A stretch of DNA of 36,393 nucleotides from a virus. This document shows, piece by piece, positions 1 to 9,582 of this stretch (positions are counted from its first letter, which is position 1; each line of letters starts with the position of its first letter). The notes below the pieces were generated by a model that did not search any database, had not been told where the DNA came from, and saw nothing but the letters and a program-made list of their open reading frames with translations. A program made the position numbers and the translations under genes. Where the stretch lies: the UHGV virus genome UHGV-0268593. One strand, given 5' to 3'.

Positions 1-558
1 CTTTCCCATCCGCTGTAATCGTACTCCTGATTTCAGCGTTTCTGTGGACGGGATCATATCTTGCTGAATTGTATCCATTGACGGCAACACATCCAACAAC
101 TTTTTCACTCCCGTCACATTGATTCCCTCCAACGTAATCTCAAATACCGGGCAATCATCCACAAGATCACCCTCCTGCAGATTCCCTTTTGTATATGCAG
201 GAACTGTAGGTGTCCCGCTCGTTGGCGTTCCCATAATATACAGCCATTCATTTGTCTCGATACCGGTCTCTTTATTCCGGGTATACCGGTTTACGACCAG
301 GTCTTTTCTCTTCATTCCCTGCGTTCCGTTCGTGATCGTGACCTCGTCATAAGTACCAATCTTCACAGCTGATACATTCCCGTGATGTGCCATGATTCCA
401 CTTCGGATCTTAAGCAGATTATTCGATGTTAATTCCGGTTCAAGATTTTCCCCGGAAGTCAGAATGCAGCTCCCCTGCCCAGCAGTTCCCTCAAGGATCT
501 GACGGAACTGCTGGCTGGTAACGTGAGGACTGCCAGTCTTTCCTGATACTATCTCCAT
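1..558 (-). CDS. Tail protein downstream of Tal (fiber/receptor-binding-like); the C-terminus runs off the left edge
   Basis: ATG at 558..556 follows an AGGAGA SD, and the frame stays open through position 1 (186 codons). It sits just after the Tal-like gene in the tail operon. Confidence 0.5.
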   Translation of the reverse strand, partial: MEIVSGKTGSPHVTSQQFRQILEGTAGQGSCILTSGENLEPELTSNNLLKIRSGIMAHHGNVSAVKIGTYDEVTITNGTQGMKRKDLVVNRYTRNKETGIETNEWLYIMGTPTSGTPTVPAYTKGNLQEGDLVDDCPVFEITLEGINVTGVKKLLDVLPSMDTIQQDMIPSTETLKSGVRLQRMGK

Positions 559-560
559 GT

Positions 561-1538
561 TCAATCTCCTTCCAATTTATATTCTTTTGATATAACTCCA
601 TTTGTGACACTGTAAACGATATTTCCGACAGATTTTTTCATCGTCATGCCGGTCAGATAATCTCGTCCACCGATGACATCACCGATTGCCACATCAATTC
701 CCAGTTTTTCGATATCCATATCGAATGTCTTTTTATTGCAGATCCCTTTCAACTTTTCCACTGCTTTTGATTTAAGCTCCGCTGTCTCCGTTGACGTATT
801 TTCGTACACCTCTGCAATCTCATTCAATCCTGTATAGTAAGGCTCTTCCCGAAAAGATCCGTCCGGCCAGACATACAGATGGTATACAGTACGATCAGCA
901 AGCTCCCCTTTTCCAGCTACGATCAGATGATTGATTCCGTTCCGACTGTCTTTCATCGTATAGTTCAGGCTGCAGTCTTTTGATAATTCCACCTGATCCG
1001 AATGATCTACAACCGGCACGGCACTGATCAGAACGTATCCGGGAATCCCTTCCTCTCGTTTGTGCCGGATCTCTAATCTGTACCCCTTACTTGCGAGCAT
1101 TTCTACAATTCCATCGAGCAAGGTACAATATCTGTCGAACTGGTAGTTGCTCACAGACACCCCGGTATTCTCCTGGCTTACTACAAAGAGTCCGTCAAAT
1201 TCCGGCTCGATCAGCGTCTTCAACACTTCATTCAGTTCCCCGGATATTTTTTTATAATCACTTCCGGCTGGCGGCTGGATAATTTTATGCTCCAGCATTC
1301 CACGCCATGTATAGCCTTTCAATTCCACGTAATCCAGAGTTGTATCGGTCAATACACTTCCTATGATTCCACCGTATTCCGTATCCGGGACGTACACCAA
1401 CGCATCAAATGTCAGCGACTGTGTCCAGTAGCAGCGTGCAATCTGCACTGTAAACATCTTTTTGTCGTTGACATCAAATTCAACATTTGCGTCCTTCAGA
1501 CTTCCGATTTCTCTTTGTGCATCTGCCAAAATCACCAT
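561..1538 (-). CDS. Tail-associated (Tal-like) baseplate protein
   Basis: A 325-aa ORF sits immediately downstream of Dit and overlaps it by 7 nt. Its position and size fit a short Tal. The family assignment rests on position only. Confidence 0.5.
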   Translation of the reverse strand: MVILADAQREIGSLKDANVEFDVNDKKMFTVQIARCYWTQSLTFDALVYVPDTEYGGIIGSVLTDTTLDYVELKGYTWRGMLEHKIIQPPAGSDYKKISGELNEVLKTLIEPEFDGLFVVSQENTGVSVSNYQFDRYCTLLDGIVEMLASKGYRLEIRHKREEGIPGYVLISAVPVVDHSDQVELSKDCSLNYTMKDSRNGINHLIVAGKGELADRTVYHLYVWPDGSFREEPYYTGLNEIAEVYENTSTETAELKSKAVEKLKGICNKKTFDMDIEKLGIDVAIGDVIGGRDYLTGMTMKKSVGNIVYSVTNGVISKEYKLEGD

Positions 1539-2320
1539 GCTGCTTCCCTCCGTTCCGGGAAGATATCCAAATCTATCCCATACGTTCCCGCCCAGTTCAC
1601 CCGGATGAGACCGCTTGGGATCTTTTCAAAAATGGAATATTCATAACCTCGTTCATTAAACAGATTGGATACAGTTCCATTTGTCAGATATTTATATACT
1701 GTCTGCTCTGCGGAATCAATAATCATGTATTCATTGCGTTCCAGTGTGGTTCTGACTTCGTACGGGTATCCGTTGATTAATATCTTCGGATTTGTGCAAG
1801 GTCCGTATATCGTCATCTTAAAATCTGATGCAGAGGGATGGTCAATTTCAAATTCAGCCGTCCCCGCCCGAACATCTGCGAAATCAAAAGGAAAATCAAA
1901 GGGGAAGTCCAGTCCGCTTGCCGCTGTCATCTGACTTTGCGGAAAAAGCTGCTGACTTACCACTGTCATCCATGACAAGGATGGGGCTGTAAAAGTAAGC
2001 TCCACCTCTGCCATATCGAACCCTTTCCAGTTCGACTTCTTTGACTTCTCCACACGGCAGGAGAGAAATGTATCATTGACGTACAATTTTCCATGTACTC
2101 CGAGATCTGCATCTACAGCAAGCACGCTGTACAGTTTTTCCATATTTTTCGCAAGACCTTCCCCGCTGCCATATACATCCACCTGTACCGTCTTCTGATA
2201 TCCGCTTGCAGTCTCATCCCATTCGGAATCATACCAGTCTGCTTCTGCCGTATAATACGGATCAACAAGAAAATTCAGGATCACTCCTTTTGAATTTATG
2301 TAATACGCTTCTCTTATCAT
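1532..2320 (-). CDS. Distal tail protein (Dit, siphovirus tail component)
   Basis: A 262-aa ORF lies directly after the tape measure gene with an ATGA-type overlap. This is the canonical TMP-Dit-Tal order. Confidence 0.65.
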   Translation of the reverse strand: MIREAYYINSKGVILNFLVDPYYTAEADWYDSEWDETASGYQKTVQVDVYGSGEGLAKNMEKLYSVLAVDADLGVHGKLYVNDTFLSCRVEKSKKSNWKGFDMAEVELTFTAPSLSWMTVVSQQLFPQSQMTAASGLDFPFDFPFDFADVRAGTAEFEIDHPSASDFKMTIYGPCTNPKILINGYPYEVRTTLERNEYMIIDSAEQTVYKYLTNGTVSNLFNERGYEYSIFEKIPSGLIRVNWAGTYGIDLDIFPERREAAW

Positions 2321-5300
2321 ATTTTCGGCACCGCTCCTTTCGGCAGTTCCCGGTCTAACCGGGTCGTACCCAGGTAAACCGGTCTGCTCTGCATCTTCTT
2401 AACACCGGCAGCCGTTGCATTCCCTACTTTCGTTGCCAGTTGCGTCAGATCCTCGTCTGAAATCCTCATAGTACTCTGTACGCTCTGCTGATTTATGATC
2501 TTTTCTGTACTCTGCAAGGCAAATGAGCTGGTGATCCTATTTGTATTCACCGCCATCGCCTCCCGCACCCGATTGGACAGATCTGCCATGTCCAGCGAAT
2601 TCAGTGCCGAACGTGCCATTCGTTCTGAAGCCTTTTTTACAGCCGGAATCTGATCGTCAATTCCAAGTGCGAATCCCTTGCCAGAAAAACGCCCCGCTCC
2701 TCGCATTACTTTTGATGGTGAATGAATCCCCAGTACGCTCTTGACTTTTTCATAAGCCGTACTTGCCATCTCTGCCGCTTTTGATGCAGCTTTTCCAACC
2801 CAGTCACCAATTCCACGAACAAATCCTGATCCGAAATTAGACCCGGTATCGTATGAATTAATACTTCCTGCTCCGCTTTTTGCACTGGTAGCAAGGGATG
2901 TTCCTTTTGCCCTTGCATCCCCTGCCTTACTTCCGACAGCAGAAGAATATGCTGTTCCGAACGATTTTCCAGTACTTCCCGGATTCACCGATCCAGCTCC
3001 ACGCTTCGCACTGTCTGCCAGTCCTTTTCCTCTTGTCAACAGCTTCCCGACAAAACTGCCGATCGCTGTATCGAAAAATCTTCCAAATGCACTACCGGTC
3101 GAGGTCGGGTCAACAGCCCCTGCTCCTCTTTTTGCAGCTTCTGCATTCGCTTTTCCCTGTTGTTCCGAAACTGACAGCTGTGATCCGATTCCTTCATTAA
3201 AAGAAGTCATCAACCCTGATCCGATTTCTTTCGTATCTCCTACTGATCCCCGCATAGCATCAAGCAGCCGGGAGATCACGCCAGTACCGGAAGAAGTAAG
3301 TTCCTCCTGACCTTCGTTCAATCCTTCAACCGCTCCCGGCCAGACATACGAAAAGATTTCTTTCACCGCACGGGACGGACTGTGGACATCAAGAGTCGTG
3401 ATCAGGCTTTGCAGGAATGCATCCGCACCTTGCTCTGCCGGATCAACCAGCGTTTCAAACCCTTCCAGTCCTTCCAAAGCTCCATACCACGCCTGTGACC
3501 ACGTCTCTTTAGTTTTTTCGTCCAGTCCTGAAAATCCTTTCAGAAAGCTTTCCATTCCTGCCTGCGCCTCAGTGCTCAGCGTACCGGATATCTTTGCCTG
3601 TGCCATAGCCGCTACAAGTTTTGCAGAGCCATCCTTACCGGCATTTTTTAATATTTCCTTGATCTGATCTGCACCAGTTCCGACCTGATTCAGGGCAATC
3701 CCCATTGCCTCCGTCAAGCCATCTTTGGTCTGCTGGGTTAATTGCATTGCTCCATCTTTTTCAGCGGAAAAAATACTGGTAAGCTTATCTGTCATTGCAC
3801 TGGCCTGCTCGATGGCTGCTTCTGATCCAATCTCCAAAGTAGTGTCAATTCCGCTCTGAATTTCTGCCAGTGCAGAGTTGATCGTATCAGTATTTCCACT
3901 CATTGCTGCCTCTGTCAGGCTACTGTAATCGGAGATGACTTTCTGATTATCCTGCATCGCCGCATTGGCAGCGTCAAAGTTTGCCTGCAATTCTTCCAGT
4001 CCACTACCTGCTTTTTCAAGCTTTTCTTTCAGTTCTCCGTACTTTTCAGTATTCCGCACAATAGCTTCGCCCTGGGCATCATACCCCATTACTACAGCAT
4101 TTGCCGATTCTGCTTCAAGTTCCTTCTCAAGTTCTGCGATCTTGCTTTTTTTGCTACTAAGCTTTTCGTAAGCATCTGCCAGTTCAGCCGCCTTGTCTGC
4201 CTGCTCTTTCATTGCATCCGCATAGTCCGACTTCATGGAGTCAAGAACGGCTTCTGCTTTTTTTGCCGCAATCAGATCGTAGACAGATTTCTTCAAGTCG
4301 CTGTAGTTCTGAATCAGTCCATCGTTCAGGCTGATTTCTACACCTAACGCACTGGACAGCTCACCTGTGATATACGCTGCCCTTGCCTCCTGTCCTGCCT
4401 GCACTTTTCCATTCGCATCAACAATCTTTTGCAGTTCTCCCCACAATGCTTCTGCATTGTCGATCTCAGATGTGGCTGCCTGAATATTTTTCTGCCTTGC
4501 CGCTGCCTTTTCGTTAATACTGTCAATTTCATCCTGTGCTGCCTGGATATTTTCCTTTTGTGCCTCCGTCAGCCGATCTGTTGATGCCGCTTCATCATCC
4601 GTCAGCAGGATTGCTGTTCCGATACAGGCTGCCAGTGCCGCCCCTGCGGTAACAAGCAGACCGATTGGATTTGATGCCATAGCAGCGTTCAGGGCTGTCT
4701 GTGCTTTCGTCCACAGTCCGGTCAGGGCAGTCGTGACTCCGATCTGACCGCTATAGACTCCCATCAGCGTTTCCCGGAGTGTCAGACCGCCGTTAGATGC
4801 TACAAGCTGTAAAGCATTTGCTTTTTCCATCGCAGTCAGCCTTGCCAGGGCTGCTGCATTCAGATTCGTCTGATTCTTGCTGACCTTGGTGGCTGTGCTG
4901 TACAGCTTCAATGCTGTCGTAGCTCCAGCCACCAATGGAGCAATCACACCTAGATTTCCACTCAGCAGGTCGATGGCTTTTGTGACCGGTGGAAGTGCCA
5001 CTTTCGCAAGCGTTCCTGCCGCTTTGGTCAGATTCTTGAATACAGATACTGCTTTTTTCCCGGCTGATTTCAATCCACCTGAATTGAGCGACTCTGACAA
5101 GGCTTCTACTGCATCCTGTGCCGGTTTCTTTAATTCTGCCGGCAGAAGGCTTGCAAGTCCTCCTGCTATTGATTCTGCTACTTCTGCTGCGGCTGTCAGA
5201 AGTCTTCCTTTATTTCCTGACACGCCGGAAATGAAAGATTCGATGAAATCAACCGCTGTATCCACCATTTCCGGTGCGTGGGATGCTGCATCCACGGCAA

Positions 5301-6459
5301 AATCTGCAAAGATGTTTCCGGCCTCTTTTACAGCCGCTTTCAGACCACCATTTTTAAAGGCGTCCGTCATATCGCCTACAGCCTGCGTGGCTTGCACGGC
5401 TGTATTTTTCAGTGGCGTATCAAGAGATTCATAAATTTCAATGCCGAGACCCTCAAGACTGGATTTCAAAATCGTAACCGCACCTTCAAGGTTGTCCTGC
5501 ATTGTCTCTGACATATTCGCAGCCGTTCCGTCAGCGTTCTTTATGGCAGATGCAAGCTTGTCAAAATCACCCTGCGATGCATTTACGATAGCCAGCAATC
5601 CTGACATAGCCTCCTGCCCTCCAATTGCCGCTGCCGCCGCTGCCTGCTCATCCGCGGGCAACCCCTGAAGGGAATCCCGCATATTCTCCATGACTTGCAT
5701 CAGGGTTTTCATGCTGCCATCTGCGTTTTTCATGGATATATCATATTTGTCCAATGCCGCTGATGCTTCTTTTGGCGGCTTGGCCAGTCTGGTCAGCACA
5801 CTCCTGAGGGCAGTACCTGCCTGGGTTCCCTTGATTCCCGAGTTTGCCATCAGTCCGATAGCCTGAGACAGGTCTTCAATGTTATACCCCAACGCTCCTG
5901 CTACTGGTGCAGCGTACTTAAATGTTTCACCCATCATAGAGACGTTGGTGTTCGCATTACTGGATGCTGCCGCAAGGACATTTGCGAAATGGGTGGAGTC
6001 CGATGCAGCCAGTCCCATCGCTGTCAGTGCATCTGTAACGATATCAGAAGTCGTTGCAAGATCTTCACCGGATGCCGCCGCAAGATCCATGATCCCCTCA
6101 ATACCGGACAGCATATCCTGTGTCTTCCATCCCGCCATAGCCATGTATTCCATAGCCTGAGCAGATTCAGAGGCACTGAACTTCGTCTTTGCCCCCATTT
6201 CCTTTGCCTTATCAGTCAGTTTCTGCAGTTCGTCCCCTGTAGCTCCTGAAATGGCTGATACTTTCGACATCTCAGATTCGAAGCTGGCACCGACCTTTAC
6301 AGCTGCCGCTGCTGCACCTCCAAGAGCAGTGGACACTGCACTCACCGCTGTTGCTACGGTTTTCAGACCGGTTTTCGCAAGCTTTCCCATTTTGCTTAAA
6401 TCTTTTTCAATACCGGATGTGTCCAGTCCGGTATCAATAATCACTTTTCCGTCTGCCAA
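2317..6459 (-). CDS. Tail tape measure protein
   Basis: 1380 aa, Ala/Gly/Ser-rich with long helical stretches, placed between the tail chaperones and Dit. Internal tandem repeats sit near the C-terminus. Confidence 0.9.
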   Translation of the reverse strand: MADGKVIIDTGLDTSGIEKDLSKMGKLAKTGLKTVATAVSAVSTALGGAAAAAVKVGASFESEMSKVSAISGATGDELQKLTDKAKEMGAKTKFSASESAQAMEYMAMAGWKTQDMLSGIEGIMDLAAASGEDLATTSDIVTDALTAMGLAASDSTHFANVLAAASSNANTNVSMMGETFKYAAPVAGALGYNIEDLSQAIGLMANSGIKGTQAGTALRSVLTRLAKPPKEASAALDKYDISMKNADGSMKTLMQVMENMRDSLQGLPADEQAAAAAAIGGQEAMSGLLAIVNASQGDFDKLASAIKNADGTAANMSETMQDNLEGAVTILKSSLEGLGIEIYESLDTPLKNTAVQATQAVGDMTDAFKNGGLKAAVKEAGNIFADFAVDAASHAPEMVDTAVDFIESFISGVSGNKGRLLTAAAEVAESIAGGLASLLPAELKKPAQDAVEALSESLNSGGLKSAGKKAVSVFKNLTKAAGTLAKVALPPVTKAIDLLSGNLGVIAPLVAGATTALKLYSTATKVSKNQTNLNAAALARLTAMEKANALQLVASNGGLTLRETLMGVYSGQIGVTTALTGLWTKAQTALNAAMASNPIGLLVTAGAALAACIGTAILLTDDEAASTDRLTEAQKENIQAAQDEIDSINEKAAARQKNIQAATSEIDNAEALWGELQKIVDANGKVQAGQEARAAYITGELSSALGVEISLNDGLIQNYSDLKKSVYDLIAAKKAEAVLDSMKSDYADAMKEQADKAAELADAYEKLSSKKSKIAELEKELEAESANAVVMGYDAQGEAIVRNTEKYGELKEKLEKAGSGLEELQANFDAANAAMQDNQKVISDYSSLTEAAMSGNTDTINSALAEIQSGIDTTLEIGSEAAIEQASAMTDKLTSIFSAEKDGAMQLTQQTKDGLTEAMGIALNQVGTGADQIKEILKNAGKDGSAKLVAAMAQAKISGTLSTEAQAGMESFLKGFSGLDEKTKETWSQAWYGALEGLEGFETLVDPAEQGADAFLQSLITTLDVHSPSRAVKEIFSYVWPGAVEGLNEGQEELTSSGTGVISRLLDAMRGSVGDTKEIGSGLMTSFNEGIGSQLSVSEQQGKANAEAAKRGAGAVDPTSTGSAFGRFFDTAIGSFVGKLLTRGKGLADSAKRGAGSVNPGSTGKSFGTAYSSAVGSKAGDARAKGTSLATSAKSGAGSINSYDTGSNFGSGFVRGIGDWVGKAASKAAEMASTAYEKVKSVLGIHSPSKVMRGAGRFSGKGFALGIDDQIPAVKKASERMARSALNSLDMADLSNRVREAMAVNTNRITSSFALQSTEKIINQQSVQSTMRISDEDLTQLATKVGNATAAGVKKMQSRPVYLGTTRLDRELPKGAVPKI
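2765..3145 (-). repeat. Three tandem ~42-aa repeats inside the tape measure gene
   Basis: The protein shows AKRGAGAVDPTSTGSAFG.., AKRGAGSVNPGSTGKSFG.. and AKSGAGSINSYDTGSNFG... The DNA shows a recurring gctcc(g/a)c.ttttgc about every 126 nt. Coordinates are approximate. Confidence 0.6.
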
Positions 6460-6464
6460 TCATC

Positions 6465-7082
6465 TCACCATCCTTTTAGCAGCTCGCTTACATCTTCGCC
6501 CCGTTCCAGTGCCTCCTCCAAAGCTTTCAATTTCGCCTTATCCGGTGCTTTTTCTGTATCTAGTCCGTAATATTCCTGCATCGCCTGATAGAATCTCTTT
6601 TGATCCTTTGATAAACCTTTTGCCGAGAGATCCAGTGTCCGGTACTCCATGATCTTCTGGAATCTTGTATCTCCTCCGAGATTTTCCAGTAAAATCATAA
6701 ATTTCCACCAGTGCATCTCCTCTGTCTGCAGGTCGATTCCATACTGCTGGATAAATGCCGCATAGATCAGATCGGCATCTACCTCAAAATCAAACGCCTG
6801 CTTGCTGTTGATCCCGGCGATCTTCCGTGGAAAATGCTTACGCTCCGGCTCTCTCCCACAGGAGAAAAACCACAGCATCTTGTCAAAATGTTCTTCTGTA
6901 TACCAGGTGTACTGACCGTAAAAAAGCCTGAGCAATCTCGTCATTTCGTCCTCAGTCAGCTCTCTTCCTGCATCCTGAAGGATTTTCTGACAACGTAAAA
7001 CGGTGCGGAAATCCCAATGGATCGGACATTCCACACCGCTAATGGTCAGACTTACCGGAAAAGGCTCTGTAAGGGAACTCAT
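6465..7082 (-). CDS. Tail assembly protein (Phage_Gp15-like, second chaperone-type gene)
   Basis: A 205-aa ORF sits between the major tail gene and TMP, with an ATGA overlap to the upstream chaperone ORF. Confidence 0.55.
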   Translation of the reverse strand: MSSLTEPFPVSLTISGVECPIHWDFRTVLRCQKILQDAGRELTEDEMTRLLRLFYGQYTWYTEEHFDKMLWFFSCGREPERKHFPRKIAGINSKQAFDFEVDADLIYAAFIQQYGIDLQTEEMHWWKFMILLENLGGDTRFQKIMEYRTLDLSAKGLSKDQKRFYQAMQEYYGLDTEKAPDKAKLKALEEALERGEDVSELLKGW

Positions 7083-7405
7083 TCAGCCCCTTTCATTCCC
7101 AGTCGCTCTTTTACTGCTCTATACCTCTCACACTGTCGGATCTGTTCGTTAAGCAGTGCTTCATAAGCTTCCAGACATAAGAGGTGATCGTGACCCGTTC
7201 CGCATACTTTTTCCCCTGTGCCTTCCCCAAAAGTCACATCGAAAAGGTGCTTAACTGTATCACACTGCTGTCTGATCGCATCTGGTTCCGTTCCTGTATC
7301 TCCAATCTTTGAGATTTCTTCCAGTTCTTTCAGATATGCCTTTTTACCCTCCTCAAAATCCGGGTCAAAAAATGAAAAATTTAATGTAACTCCGTTAATC
7401 TGCAT
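7079..7405 (-). CDS. Tail assembly chaperone
   Basis: Start moved to the internal ATG at 7405 (MQINGVTLNF...), which follows a GGAGGAG SD. The ORF is small, acidic, and lies just after the major tail gene. Confidence 0.5.
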   Translation of the reverse strand: MQINGVTLNFSFFDPDFEEGKKAYLKELEEISKIGDTGTEPDAIRQQCDTVKHLFDVTFGEGTGEKVCGTGHDHLLCLEAYEALLNEQIRQCERYRAVKERLGMKGAE

Positions 7406-7492
7406 TGTCTTTCTCCTCCATCTGTTCAAATAAATCTTTTTCTGCTTCGTCCGCTACAGCCTCACCAACTGAAGCATTATCAGTGAGGGAGA

Positions 7493-8023
7493 TTATTTTC
7501 CCTCTGTAAATGCCTTGGTTGCTGTGTTGAACGTACCCTTTACCCAGTCAGTCTTGCCAAGCAGGTTGCCGGATCCCTGAATTTCACCATCGTTATCCTT
7601 AAATTCAGAAATCTCAACCGCAACTTTTCTGCGTTTTGCTTCATAAGTTCCGGCTGAGCCGCTCACCGGTTTGTCCAGGTATACCTTCACGTAAAATGTA
7701 TCTGCCTCCACTCCGGTCTTTTCGTTCTCGCCGATCTCCGAAATGTAAGCGATTGCCGGTTCACTCTGGATCAGATCGAACTCAAGCGGTGCTGTCCATT
7801 CATAACCGCCAATGCTCTGTGTTGCACTTTTCTGATTGACGTATCTCTTTGACGTAGTCTGTGCGGACGGTGAATCATCCAACTGGGTCACACCAATTCC
7901 GAGAAGCTCATATTTCGGGGAATCAGATCCTCCTGTAACATCAATGTAATCTGCACGCTGGTAACGCTGCGTTACACCAGTGTCTTTTGCTGCTTCAAAA
8001 ATCTGTAAATTCATTCTTTTCAT
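7493..8023 (-). CDS. Major tail protein
   Basis: Internal ATG at 8023 with a GGAGGT SD. The N-terminus is MKRMNLQIF-EA, and the position before the chaperones matches a major tail gene. Confidence 0.65.
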   Translation of the reverse strand: MKRMNLQIFEAAKDTGVTQRYQRADYIDVTGGSDSPKYELLGIGVTQLDDSPSAQTTSKRYVNQKSATQSIGGYEWTAPLEFDLIQSEPAIAYISEIGENEKTGVEADTFYVKVYLDKPVSGSAGTYEAKRRKVAVEISEFKDNDGEIQGSGNLLGKTDWVKGTFNTATKAFTEGK

Positions 8024-8027
8024 TGCC

Positions 8028-8456
8028 TTACCTCCGTTTGTAATATAAAAAGCGGCACTGAATGCGGTACTGGCATTTCGTGCCTTCATTATCGTATAAA
8101 TAACCGCCTGTCGTAGCCTGAATAGACTTACTCGTGAGATTTCCCGACAGTGCCGGAAGTCTTCCCTGCTCCGTACATTCATCCAGCCAGTCAGAGAATT
8201 TTTCGTAAAATTCCGCCGTGTCCTTGTTGCTTTCTTCTCCGTACCATTCCCGGGAACAAAGAGAAAATACCATCTGCCGGATCGTATCTCCGTTCGTATA
8301 CCGTCTGACAATCGGGTCTGCCGGAGCAAGCTCCAGACTATACGCTGTTGCATCCTCTCCCAGCAGATCCACGTTCACGATCGGGAACATCTGTTCAAAC
8401 TCTTCCAGGAACGGACACCCAGCTATAAATTCAGCGACGTTTGTTGCTACGCTCAT
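8028..8456 (-). CDS. Tail terminator/completion-type protein
   Basis: ATG at 8456 overlaps the upstream stop (ATGA) and follows a GGAGGG SD. A GTG at 8519 is an alternative start. Confidence 0.4.
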   Translation of the reverse strand: MSVATNVAEFIAGCPFLEEFEQMFPIVNVDLLGEDATAYSLELAPADPIVRRYTNGDTIRQMVFSLCSREWYGEESNKDTAEFYEKFSDWLDECTEQGRLPALSGNLTSKSIQATTGGYLYDNEGTKCQYRIQCRFLYYKRR

Positions 8457-8782
8457 CCTGCTTTCCCTCCACAAAAACTGGCTACTGCCTTTACAATCTC
8501 CGGCCCTCTGTCTGCCCACATCCGTTCTGCCCAGTGCGAACCCCGAAGACCGTCTCCTTTGTGTTCATAATACTGCCGCCTTGCATAAGGTGCATTGTAT
8601 GTGATTGTGGAAATTGCTTCTGTGGCATCCGTCTTCAATCGTCCAGTCAGCCGTGGAACATAAGGATCGGACAGCCGCCTGACTTCACTTGTAAAAAATC
8701 TCTGCCCTTTTCCATTCTTGTTCAGGCTTCTCCTGAGCAAGATCTGATCTTTCGGATCTAACTGCATTCTGATTACCATCAC
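8453..8782 (-). CDS. Head-tail joining protein (HK97 gp10-like)
   Basis: A 109-aa ORF with GTG start lies within the connector cluster between capsid and major tail. Confidence 0.45.
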   Translation of the reverse strand: MMVIRMQLDPKDQILLRRSLNKNGKGQRFFTSEVRRLSDPYVPRLTGRLKTDATEAISTITYNAPYARRQYYEHKGDGLRGSHWAERMWADRGPEIVKAVASFCGGKAG

Positions 8783-9183
8783 GCACCTCCACTGATTCTG
8801 ATATGCGGGGATGATCCGATAAAGTTCTCGGAATGGCTCTTCACCACCCCGACTACTCCGCTATACTGCTTTTTCAGGTCATCAATCCCTGTGACTTCTC
8901 CACCGCACCATTCTCCCTGGATAAAGAGATCCCCATTCTGAACAGTCCAGCAAGATCCTTTCTGCCCTGTCGCAAATTGATCCACAGTTTTCCAGTCTGC
9001 ACACTGATCAAATGGGATGCGGATCATATGCTCGTCCGAGCTGATCAGGCCACCCTGTGATGGCGTAGTCTTCCTGCTGACGTGATACCATGCCCAGTCA
9101 ATCCGGTGCGGCAGATACACTATCTTTTTCTGCTCCTTATCCGGGTAACGGTTAAAGAGCGTGATCACTGCATTTGTAAGCAT
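8779..9183 (-). CDS. Head-tail adaptor / head closure-type protein
   Basis: It belongs to the connector cluster. The start is uncertain (M at 9183 or further upstream). Confidence 0.35.
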   Translation of the reverse strand: MLTNAVITLFNRYPDKEQKKIVYLPHRIDWAWYHVSRKTTPSQGGLISSDEHMIRIPFDQCADWKTVDQFATGQKGSCWTVQNGDLFIQGEWCGGEVTGIDDLKKQYSGVVGVVKSHSENFIGSSPHIRISGGA

Positions 9184-9565
9184 CACAATATCCCACCTTC
9201 CTGGACAGCCATCCCAGCGGAAGCAGATAGGTCCGTGCAACTTCGTAAGCTTTGCGGGATGCGACCGCTTCTGCCGTCTCTCCGTCCACCTGCTCGTTTA
9301 CATAAGTCACACTGTATCCGTCCGTATTTTCCGACTTTACAGATCCGTTTCCCTGCTGATTTTTCAAGTCGCAAGAATAATAAATCTCTGCAACTGCACA
9401 TACAGCATCTTTTACGGTATCGTTTTCGCAAGCGAAAATATCTCCATGCATATAAGTCAGATGCCTTATATAGGCTTCTGCTTTTTTCTCTGCTTTTGCA
9501 AATCTTTCAAGCGGAATCAGTTCACCACCGTATTCAGACGAATAATAGAAAGAATCCACGTACAT
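9152..9565 (-). CDS. Head-tail connector (gp6-like, DNA packaging) protein
   Basis: Internal ATG at 9565 follows an AAGGAGC SD and begins just after the capsid stop. Confidence 0.45.
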   Translation of the reverse strand: MYVDSFYYSSEYGGELIPLERFAKAEKKAEAYIRHLTYMHGDIFACENDTVKDAVCAVAEIYYSCDLKNQQGNGSVKSENTDGYSVTYVNEQVDGETAEAVASRKAYEVARTYLLPLGWLSRKVGYCDAYKCSDHAL

Positions 9566-9582
9566 ATCGCCTTGCTCCTTCC

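Noticed and set aside
4877-5668. Several plus-strand ORFs (185, 77 and 75 aa) inside the tape measure gene
   Set aside because: They are antisense to a 1380-aa ORF with strong family features, and their Ala/Ser richness simply mirrors the TMP codon bias.
7079-7110. Programmed -1 frameshift between the two tail chaperone ORFs (G/GT-like)
   Set aside because: No canonical slippery heptamer is visible near the junction. The ORFs overlap by ATGA, which fits translational coupling of separate genes.
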